From contig CM120643.1 in the NCBI GenBank assembly GCA_051362555.1, positions 27,036,848-27,100,847 on the forward strand: a stretch of 64,000 nt of DNA, given 5' to 3'. A program made the position numbers and the translations under genes. Source of the DNA: Lingula anatina (lineage: Eukaryota; Animalia; Brachiopoda). The notes under the pieces are model-generated. The model did not search any database and was not told the DNA's origin. It worked only from the letters and a program-made list of their open reading frames with translations. Shown piece after piece: positions 47,576 through 64,000 of this stretch (the first letter of the stretch is position 1; each line of letters opens with the position of its first letter).

Positions 47576-48951
47576 ATGGACGGAGAACGTATCACCGAAA
47601 CTAACGAGGAAGGCGGGCTAGATTATGAACTGTGGGCCAAGGAAAATGGGCCCAAATATATGTCAGAACTAAGTTTGGAAGAGCGTCCTACCAGCGCATA
47701 CGAAGACGGCTACTACTATTACCAATCTCATGAGTACAAAGAAAGAAGTAGAAAATCAAAACGTCAGAAAACTGTGAGATTTTCCAACAAGATCGAAATA
47801 GTCCGCCGTAGGGAGCCAGTGCTCAGTATCCGCACCCAGGCGCTGCCGCCACCAATGCCGAGCGAGTGGGACATCAGGTATCTGATCAACAACCCCAATC
47901 TCAGCGATACTCAGAAAGATAACTGGAGGAAGGAGCTCCTTGATAAATTAACTGCAGACGACAACGGTATCTTCGCCAATAGCAGCACAGCTACGGGCTC
48001 TCCAGGTCGATATATCTTGGAACAAAACGATAATGCTCGGCGAAGTGGTGATAGGGCTATAGACAGGGAGGAAACAGGGGATGCTGCAGTGGAACACGGA
48101 CCAGTTGAAGAAAGTGGCATTTTTATAACAGAAACACAACAGAAGGTTGTTAGCTATGAAAAAGACAGGGACATTCCATCAGAACGCGGACTCATGGATC
48201 TGTATGATGACATAGACGTCAGAGATATGAGCGGCGTTGTCCCGGTGTTCAAGACAAGGCCAGAGCTGCCAGAGCCAATGCAAAGAGATGTGAGTATAGC
48301 ATATATACAGGGACGGATCCAGGATTATTTGAAGGGGGCGTGGGTTTCGGGGCCCGCTTAAGGGCTCCGGAAATTTTTCGGTATTTAAGAGGGCGAACGG
48401 TGCCATTTCAAGAAGGGGTAGTTGGATTTTCAGAAATCGAAGGGGGTCCAGGACCCCCTTAAATCATCCACTGACACAGTTTAAGCGCAGCAGCGTTCCT
48501 CCAGGCTCAGAGTCGACGTATTAGTGTTTGTGGTTTCTTCGTCACGTACAGCAAGCATATTGGTCTCTTATTCTCCAATAATTTAAATATAGAACTTATA
48601 CTTTTGATCACGTTATTACATGCATTATAATTTGTTAATATCTTAAATTTTTTCTTGCTCTTTCATTTTTGTGACTTTTTCATCAGCCAGGACAAAACTA
48701 GCATTTTGCGATTCGCTAGTACAATAAATTACATTTTAAATTATGCTCATGTTGTTACAATCCTGTATAAGAATTGTGTCATTTCTTTTATCGAACTACT
48801 GATATTTTTATTCTTGCAGCCTCGAGTTCATATTATAGCAAAGAATGGCGGATCTACAGAGAGCTTCTCAATAACCACCAGAAATAAAGGAAAAACACAG
48901 GGGCAAAAGAGAAAGAGCACTCAACATGCCAAGCAAGCAGCCGCGTCATAA
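47576..48951 (+). CDS. Uncharacterised, charged, likely disordered protein (281 aa, 2 exons) with candidate PP1-docking RVxF motif
   Basis: Exon 47576-48289 (238 codons, donor GAT|GTGAGT) joins in phase 0 to 48820-48951 (acceptor TTCTTGCAG). GCAATGG start context. Long open frame in AT-rich DNA. Motif KRQKTVRFSN. Confidence 0.7.
48308..48473. mobile_element. hAT-like MITE family copy in the intron of the plus-strand gene
   Basis: CAGGGACGGATCCAGGATTATTTGAAGGGG ... CCCCTTAAATCATCCACTG. Confidence 0.7.
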
Positions 48952-49558
48952 ATTCAACTTTGGGTCGTCTTTACTATAGGCCTATAGTGTTTCGAAAATG
49001 AATGATACATATCAGATGTTTCTTTTAAAAATGAATCATTGACAAAAATACCACCGGTTGACTTCGGTATGCCAGCCGTGGCGCATAATGTGCAATCAAA
49101 GCAAGCATGTATATTATTTCGATCTTTTTCTACTTTTTAAAAATCGTTTAACATATTTTATGTAACAAACATGTGTATTTCGTTCCTCTCATAAAAATTT
49201 ATTTCTTATTTTTAAAATAATCCCTATACTTTCCTTGCACACAAAATGAAAATATAGAAAAGATTGTGAACATTATTGTCCGTCTTTGCAATATTTACTC
49301 GATATTGTTTGTGAACAATATTAAATACGTAATGTTGAAAGAAAAAGTACGGTTGGCACTCCACCAAAACGTTTTCTCTTCGTTGAATGTTTACTCATAA
49401 TGGCGCAATCCACTTAATATGTCCTCATTATATTATAATTAAATGTTCCCATTTAATTCAATGTCGTTGGTGTGGAATAAAAATAAGACACTGAGTCATA
49501 GTAAGCAAGTGGTCCCGCTGACAATTCATTTTACGGGGTTTTCAAGTAGTCAGTAGAG

Positions 49559-55027
<5,469 letters not shown>

Positions 55028-55482
55028 ATTGCTGGCACCAAAAGAACGGAAAAGACCTGGATAAAGACATAATGGTAAACAAATTAATTGAATATCAAAA
55101 TTAAGGTTGAAGACAGACTCACTTCCATGATGAAATCGCCTCTCTCATTATATACTGAGTTAATACTTGCATAATTGGAGTCTATACATACTAGGGGTTA
55201 ATGCTAATGTATTTATCATACGTATAATTGTTTTGGATTTTATTTTAAATTAATTGACTTTGAAAAATATATACCGGTAAGATCGTTTTCTCATATGAAT
55301 TGCTATGGGTACTGACAGTTTACCTGACCCACCACGGACCACAGTGCTGTGTATCTCTCTCTCTCTCACACACCCACGCACACACACACACACACCTTAC
55401 ATGCAAGCAATGACACAGACACACACACATACACTTAAAAAGTCGAATCGATGCAAATATCAAGCACTTGCACACACACGTA

Positions 55483-55513
<31 letters not shown>

Positions 55514-55527
55514 GCAGTGACACACAC

Positions 55528-55566
<39 letters not shown>

Positions 55567-57133
55567 AGGGAGGGAGAAAGGGAGGGAGGTTCAGTGCCTC
55601 TTTTGGAGTCATTCCATATACCGAGAGTACACTCTTACACCAACTACATGTAGCTGACCGCCCTACCGTCTTACCTTTCCAACCCCAAAATATCAGAGTA
55701 AATTTACCCTGGTGAAGTCTCTGGCAGGGTGTCCATTGTCCACTGTACACAGGAAGCACTCGTGTTGTGGTACAAAGGTGACACTTAACGCGTCCGCGGG
55801 AGCTTGTTTGTCAATAGTATATCGGGACCTAGATATTAGGTTATCTGAGACGGCTGGGGAAATCTGTATCAAGCGTGCTCTCATTTGCAGAAAAAGAAAT
55901 TTCAACTATCTACTGATACCAGCAGGATGAGGGTTTAAAGCCTTGATTAAATTTAAGATACAGGTGCCATAGGATGGAATTGTATACGTATTTTTCGTGC
56001 AATTGCTTGGCGTCGTAAATAGCTATGGGCTTCACCGAGTATATAATGAGGTTGCCGTGCAATTTCTCCGACGGGAAAATCTAGTTTTTTTTTCGGTTGA
56101 AAAGTGATCGTACGGAACCCTTTTAGTTTCAGTGTACTAGTACAGTTGATATGCGCCTTCCGTGCGGCTTCCTTGATACCGATACGTGCAGGCCATGTGG
56201 TCAGAATAAGGAAAAGCACAATTTCAAATTCATGCAAGTGAATTATAATGAGTTAAAATGCATTTACTAAACCTGCAAAGGAGAGACCACTGTTAGCCTT
56301 TAACACGATCGCCGCAAGTCGACAGAGCAATACCAGTACGAGAACAGTGCATTGCCATCTACATAAATGCTACGGCGTATGGGCTTACCGTTTCAAAATA
56401 TTCTCGAAAATTTTAGCTTTACAAAATCGTAGGACAACGGAGGCCGTGAATCTGTACGATATGTCTGATTTGGTACGGCACGAAAAGGGATTTACGAGCA
56501 ATGTACGGACGTTGCAAAAATTGTCTTTAAAGCCAATCTGTCGATCCATACGATTAAAGTTTTATAAATAATTATGAATTCCAACTACATGTATTTATTA
56601 CAAATTCATTCAAATATTTATGGAATCAATCACTCATTAATCAGTATGCCAGTTAATTAATCCATTTATTCATTACACAATTGAAAACCTTTTAACTTTT
56701 GACTTATCAATATATGTATCTTTTATTCATTTAAAGGAATTCAATTCATTGTTTTATTATCCATAGTTACATATTTTTGTCACAAATGACAACCGGTGAC
56801 ATATAAATAAACATTAGCTTACTTCATCTGGTGTTAACTGGACAGAACTGGATTCCTTGTGAATAACTGTATTTCGTGACATTACAATATGAAGAGTTTA
56901 GAATAACACGACAAAGACACATTCTTGTTAATTGCAAGTGTTTAGAATTCTACAACAATCTATCACATACATGTACACTAATAGTTATACTGTCTTATTT
57001 GTCTTTTTTATGCATTCGATATATATGTACATAATAAAAAACTAAATGTCCAAACTAATGACACCTGTTCGCAAGTGCTGTATAGTGAACAGAAAAGTCA
57101 TCCGAATCCTTGGTCACATGACGGTCATGTGAT

Positions 57134-60100
57134 CTAGAAATCTGGTCGACAAGGTACGGTGGTGTTGCCTAGATCGCTGTCAGGGATGAGGTCGTCCAGT
57201 GGATGAACCCCCTTCATCTCCCGTCTTACCTGCACAGATCAAATGTGAAAAATAAATGAACTGGGGACTACTGCTTACACACAAACAAACATCCACAAAC
57301 ACATCCACAACCAGACACTCCCCGACACACACACACACACACACACACTCACACACTCACACAGACACACAACAAACAGGCACATATACACACATGTACA
57401 TCAGGGTACAAGGCACCCACCTCCTCGGCTCTCCTGAAGGCCCTGAGCAGGTTCTCTCCCGCCAATTTTTTCAGCTGGGACTCCGTCCAGCCGTCTTCAG
57501 CCAGAGCAGTGAACAGGGCCGGGTACGTAGACACGTCCTCTAGTCCTATTGGTAACCTGGTGATATCAAATAATAGATTAACAAATAAATATATGTATTA
57601 AGTGTAAATAAAATAATGAATAGTTTTATGATATGAAATACAATCATTTTGAATGAAAACACGGTCACTCAATTATATATGTCATATCGCGCCTTCTTTA
57701 CCAGTACACGTACTGATGGTTTGAAAACATGCAAATAGAGAACTTTGGTATTTATTAACTCATTCGACTTTGTGAAAATGAAAAAAAGATTCAGGGATAT
57801 AGAAGTATGTAAATTATTTGGAAAGTCCTGACTGGTATTTTAATAGTTAAAACTCACCGTGTGACACCATCGTAGTCTCCACCGATACCGACGGAATCCT
57901 CTCCGGAAATGTTCTTTATATGGTTTATATGATCTGATAATATAATATAATATAATATAATATAATATAATATAATATAATATAATATAATATAATATAA
58001 GCTGCACATCTTCGGATGCTTTACATAAATTGCTTGAATGCAAATTTGCTTTTTAAATGAAACTAAAATAATTTAACAATTGAAAGAAATAAATGCCAAT
58101 TCAAGAGCAAACAATAAGATAAGTTTATAACTTAATTGAACAGTCTAAGATTTTTTACATAACTGAATAGTATAAATGTTCTACAGCCTTAGATAATGTT
58201 AAAATAATAATGATGATCAACCACGTTAGCCTACCTACCACCTGCTGAAGAGTGGCGTTGGTTTGATTACTTGGAAAGCAGTTGATATAATCACTGTAGA
58301 AATTCACCATGACAACGCCTTTGTTCTCTTTCTAAAAAAAAGTGCAGAATATAGCATGAGGTGCAAGGCTGCATATGTAACTTAAAGTACAAAATAAATA
58401 GCTAGAACCATTTTGCATTGTTTTTACAGAATCACATGAACGCAGCGGTTTGCAATTAGTTGTCGTCGTCTTCCTTCGCTAAAACACTTTCAACTCTCGA
58501 CCATAGCACTCACCATTTGACTTGTCTTTCTCAGCATTCGCAACTTTGTCTCAACAACAATAATTCACTACCACACTCCCACCTCTGTCTCAACAACCAC
58601 ACTCATAACTTAAAGTGAGTAATGCACTTCACCACTTTCAGCAACACGTCGTCCTGTACGTTGCGCGGATGGTTGCACACAGCATAGGCCGAAGAGTGAC
58701 TGTATATCACAGGTGCTTTAGTAACACTGAGAGCGTCCGTCATCGTCTTCTTTGACACGTGCGACAGATCTACCAGCATACCCAACCGGTTCATTTCCTT
58801 GATTACTTTCTGATAAAGAACAAATGATAGAAGTGTGGCCAATAGAAAAAGAATATGTGAATAGAAAGATGGAATAACATTTTAAAAGCAATGTTAAAAA
58901 TACTACTACAGCACAGTCACTACTACCGCTGCTACCACTACTACTACTACTGATAATAATAGTAACAATATTAAATTGAAAAGTGTTTATTCTAATTACT
59001 GACTTTAGAAAAGGGACCCATCAAAATAATCAAACTCAGCGACAGAAACTGGGTAGAAAGAGAATGGTTATAAACATCGAAGTCTACCTTTCCCCATACT
59101 GAGAGTCCATTGCTTCTTGGAGGTTCATAATTACCATTGTCAATGGGCCAGTCTGATTTCCAATTATCCGCCCTGCAACGAAGTTAGACGATGTGAAAAA
59201 TGATTAAATGTTTATTTATAAGGCAGGTACTTGTGCATTATGTTAAAACATCTTTAGATATTGATCGATACAGCATCTCTACTTGATCATAAAATGTGCC
59301 GATTAAGCAATTTAATAAATGTAAAATGGAACGGTATAATGTATATCGTGAAACTACATGTATGCTCAAATTGCATTGAAAATATTGAAAAACATCAATT
59401 CTCCTAACCAGCATCTCTGAATTGGTGCTCTTGGTGACAGTAAACGCACAGTATGAACATATAGCAGTTCATTGTTCCTCTTATCAACTTGATTTACGAT
59501 AAAAACCCACCATGGTGTATGACAGCTGTGGGTCAAGGTCATATAGCGGACGCCAAGGTCATAAAACATTCTCAAGGTTGCAAAGCTACTGTCGATCATG
59601 TGACCCCCTTCTAAACCAACCAAACTGCCTATTTTATGGGCCTTGAATGTGTCTTCGATTCCTAAGATATTATCACAGGAGGGCTTTCATTCAAAGAATT
59701 CAAATATAAACGGCTTTTAGTCAAATATGTCACAATATTTTTTAGAGAATATTCGGGTGAATTAATGTCACAAGATTAACATCTATAAAACGGGAAAATA
59801 TCTTTAACTCATTTCATCATTATAGAATTTCTAAAAGTATAAGTTATAAAACAATTTTCACTTTGTTTGGACTTTGTTTATCCAGCTGCGACGCAGTTGA
59901 CTGCACGTGCGTACCTTGAGCCGTGGTGACAAACTGGAAGATATCCGGGTACTTGGAGACAAATCGTTTGATGGTATCCAGTTGGTCCAGAGCCACTCTG
60001 ACCGCGTCTTTGTACTGGGCAGAACACGGACCGTAGCATGCCCAGAACTGGTGAAATGATATGTACAAGAAAAGTAAAGGTATCAGCATTTTAAATTGAA

Positions 60101-63100
60101 ATTTCTTTGTGATGTAAAAAATATGTAAAATATTTTTTTAATTATAATGAAATTAAAAACATTAGAATCAAATTGATTTCACCAAACGATTTAGGCCTAT
60201 ATATTATACATATATTGCTTTCAATCATAACTGATAACAAGAACGAAAAAAGTTCGTCTACGAGCCCTCATAAAATCACTAAACGGCCATTCCACGAAAA
60301 GGGGTACAATTCCAAAACAAGAAATGCAGTGATATGAACTTTGCAAAACTGGAAAACTTTTTATATTATTTTGATGAAGAGGTATTCAGAGAGTAGTAGA
60401 AGAATTTTAACCCACACCATTACTGTATTTAAAGAAATATGCACGTGTAAACATGGTACAGTATTTTTTTCGTTACGGAGGTTAGGTAACATCTAAATTA
60501 GGTTATATTTCAATCAAGCCAAAGGTCACAGGCTCCATATTTGATTCAATTATTAAGATTTTGTATGTATTCAAAATATTATTTCCCATTTAAGATTTCT
60601 CTTCAATTATAGAAAATGCGGTGCAAACACATTGATAATAAGTGGCTCGTTTTCTATAAATAGGCCTACAAAGCCTGAGATATTCCAATTTAAATATTTT
60701 ATTATTAATTGGGGACAGACTTGCTTTTTTATCATACTATTTGTTTATGAACAAAGTGCTATCAATCTATTATGATATGAGCATTGATCAATGAGCACAC
60801 ACATATCCAATGTTCAAATGAAAAATGAGTAATTTCGTAACGGAGGTTAGGTCATTAATTGCGATCATATTTGTTTTGATATTTCTTTAGCTTAAAGTAG
60901 ACTTTAGAGGCTGAATTCGGAATTTGTAGTATTACAGATACGACAAACGTTACAAAATAACATAGAAAAATTGATAAAACATGTTTATTCAAACCAATAA
61001 ATGGCAAATTGTTACAACGGGTTGTTTTGCTTTCTTTCAAGGACTACATAAATACATTTACCGCTACTGGATACATTTCACCGCTAATATGTTGATCGAT
61101 GTATCTGTAGAATTCACATTCCATATTTTACCAGATTAAGAGTTTAATTTATAATCTTAGTAACAGAGATTAGGTAAAACTCTATAGTCTAAATTATGTC
61201 ATGCATTTAAACCGTTCAAAATCTTTCACAAGAAAAGCTTCGCGGTCATTAGATTTTTTTTTCTTTCTCTGTAGTGTTTTTGTAGCTCTGTATTTGTAAG
61301 TGGCATATTGGTGTCTGTATAACAAAACATTAAACCTACATGTTCATGATCGCAGCTATAGGCAATAAAAAACAACACAATACCCGAGAAAGTTAATGTA
61401 TTCAATCAAGTAGGCCGACAATAGACACGTGTTTGCGGTCCATTTAAAGTTACTGGAAGCATCTAGAAGATGTTAAAAACTATTATGTGCTACTGAAACA
61501 GTAAAATAGGGCCTATTAACCCCGCAGTTCTACCTGATAAATACAAGCGTTGCTTCAATGCTTAATATATTTCGTCATATGTCTCCCGCGAAAATAATGT
61601 CTGCTACAGGTACATGTACGCTAGTACTGATGTCAGCTAATACCATTTTTCTTGCCAAGACAGTCCTGAAAACTCCTCATTTCGCTTAAAATCAGAATGA
61701 TAAGTTCAAAAAGGCATCGTCAAGTGACAAATGGAAATCAATTTGAAAAAACAAATCACGATTTACCCTCGATTTTATAGCAAATTCGAGTAAAAACTTA
61801 AATGGTTAGCTTACATCAGAACATAGAAGTAGAACTACTTCTATGATCAGAACTAACTCACAAAACCACAGAAATAACGTTTTAAAGTATTAACAGTTAT
61901 TTTTATAACAATTAACTTATTAATTTCGTAACGGAGGTTAGCATAACGGATGTAAGGTGACACGCACTCTTTTTCAGTTTTTATCCTCGGGATAATTTTG
62001 CATAACTATTGAATGAATTTTTTAGGAAGAAGTTGGTCCTTGCTTAACAAAAATGATGTTTTTAACTTTCTAAAGCAACATTTTCTTCAAATTTGGTCCG
62101 TTACTGAGGTTAGGCTCTTAAATGCGACACCCCGACTTTTGTGAGTTAACATATTCTATGATGGAACACATCATTCAAAATTAACAAATAGCACTGTTTT
62201 ATTAAACTTCATATATTAAGAGTTTGAAAAATGCACAGGAAGTCCATTTAAGAGAATTTTCTTTTATTCTTACACTGACTTAAAAAAGCGTTACGGAGGT
62301 TAGGGGTTACTGAGCGACATTGATTAAACTATGACAGTGACGTAACTAACCAACAAATTCGACAGAGAACACCATGTATGATAAAAAGAAACATGAATTC
62401 AAATTAGTTGAGGACTAAAAACACTAAAATACGGGAAAATATAAACTTTTCTTGTGGCAAATCAGCTATAATACCGAAGCGACACGTCGAAATCATGCTT
62501 TTTGCGGCATATAGACCCCCGGGGTTCCCGTCAAAGCAAGTGGTACTATATTAATTGTTGTTTTTTAAGTAGAACACATCGGGTCCTGCTAGAAAAGGCT
62601 AAAAAAAGCTAAATTACAGATGCTTTTACTACCGAAAATAAGCTGCGACAGGTATTATTCAGAATTGTACCCTTTTTCGTGGAATGGCTGTAAAAGGTGT
62701 GTGAATAAAATGTTATATGTGTACCGTTCTATGTAGCCAATTTGCTTCCAAATATTTATTATAGTCTCTAAACTGATGAATTTTGTATACAAACGCTTTT
62801 GTAGCATTATATATTTACCTGTAAAATCTAATCTATTAGTAACGAAACTGGGTTTGTATTTGCACATTGTAAAAACTTGTGCGGTGTTATGTCAGAGACT
62901 CATAAAGATTATACTAACACTGTATTGACAGTTCTAAGAGAATACCACTATACCTGTAAATTGTTACACCCTTAGACCATATTGCCCCGTAGACACGCAA
63001 ACAGATTACAGAAAGCGCATTATTTAGAACAATAACTTACCTGGGCGCCGAGTTTCCCTTTACGTAGGCGTGGTATATCTGTATGAGTGATGTTCCATAT

Positions 63101-63182
63101 GCCAATCAACGACTCCGCGAGATTCACGCTGTCCACGTGGTTTTGGACGTTTTTCCTGTATTGCCAGGCTAGGTCGTTATGC
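57134..63182 (-). CDS. DPEP1: Membrane dipeptidase (M19) copy 2; exon 1 not found, presumably beyond the window
   Basis: Exons 63182-63041, 60047-59915, 59661-59511, 59172-59088, 58809-58633, 58331-58235, 57933-57858, 57556-57421 and 57229-57134. Every exon has the same length as in copy 1 (142,133,151,85,177,97,76,136,96). Metal ligands are intact, and the protein ends PCRPDF*. Confidence 0.94.
60284..62690. mobile_element. 2.4-kb non-autonomous DNA transposon with 4-bp TSD (Sola-like, tentative)
   Basis: ~29-bp TIR C(G/A)GCCATTCCACGAAAA(G/A)GGGTACAATTC. TAAA flanks at 60280-60283 and 62691-62694. The internal motif CGT(T/A)ACGGAGGTTAG recurs at ~60471, 60836, 61926, 62099 and 62289. Confidence 0.8.
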
Positions 63183-64000
63183 CTTGAAATGGAAATCTCT
63201 TTTCATCAGTTTTTTAAAGCCGTGTGAAAATAAATAAAATCTAGAAGACAAACTTCCTGACTTGAGCCCTCACCCCTAAAAATTAATAAAACATAACATG
63301 ACGATACCCACCATCAACCCCCCCCCCAAAAAAAAACAAAAAAAACAGATGAATTAAAAACACTTATATAAGTTATATGTAGATAAATACACAAGTTATA
63401 CATCAAATATAAAATAAGTTTCACATAAATAAAGTGAATGCCTAAAGAATATATTTATGAGAAAGACGTCTCTGTGTCTTTTATAACAAAATTGTACATA
63501 CTTAAGGTCTATTTAGCAATTCATTTCGACGAAAACGGTATTTTATAGAGCATTATTAATAAGGTGAAGATTTGTATAGAAGAACATTGACCCTTGTATT
63601 ACATGTCACTTAAACAACAGTAGCAAGTCAAGATTTAAGTAACAAATAGTCCAGCCACTGCGGAGGGACATTACCCTCTACGGCGCCACAGATTGATTTT
63701 TCACTAGATATTCACAGCTATGTCTCTGGTTAATTTCACGGTTATTCTCTGCACTGCAGCTCAGGAAAAATGTCCACATAATAATAACTGTGGTCCTGGT
63801 AGAGGGTAGAGGGAGACCCCCTCCTATCCTGCCTAGCATCGTTGTTTTCACCTCACAATGGGGGCTTCTAATCTAAATACAGGCTTGTTTTAACCCGGCA
63901 TTACTGGTTGTCATTCTTCTCGTATACGGAATGCGTACTGCTTGAGTGTTTTATGGGCCTTATAAAACTTTGGATAGCTGGTTTTATACTAAAATAATTT

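Noticed and set aside
48290-48361. C-terminus VSIAYIQGRIQDYLKGAWVSGPA of the 261-aa ORF
   Set aside because: Intron read-through into a MITE after a consensus GTGAGT donor.
63305-63320. GTTGATGG as the end of dipeptidase copy 2 exon 1
   Set aside because: No GG|GT donor in the right phase, and the upstream sequence is homopolymer runs.

Overview
This is AT-rich eukaryotic genomic DNA. The intron structure, TE families and gene families suggest a marine invertebrate, most likely a lophotrochozoan (inference). I built seven spliced gene models by hand from GT/AG sites with consistent phases. Six are on the minus strand: an adhesion/Methuselah-like GPCR ectodomain exon (downstream exons not found in the window), a complete TLDc + IFI44-like P-loop gene (473 aa), two tandem peritrophin-like chitin-binding (CBM14) mucin paralogues (698 aa probably GPI-anchored, 446 aa secreted), and two tandem M19 membrane dipeptidases (one complete, one 5'-truncated by the window). 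The seventh is a plus-strand two-exon gene (281 aa) of unrecognised family carrying an RVxF-type motif. Introns and intergenic DNA are dense with L1/Tx1, Tc1 and Penelope remnants and many MITEs, including a three-level nest. The two most striking features are a ~3.86-kb Ginger1-type near-palindrome (CCGG TSD, ~1.7-kb arms) beginning 16 bp after the IFI44-like stop codon, and a ~1.3-kb tandem repeat whose terminal copy overlaps the putative GPCR start codon. All calls were made by eye; no database searches were run.
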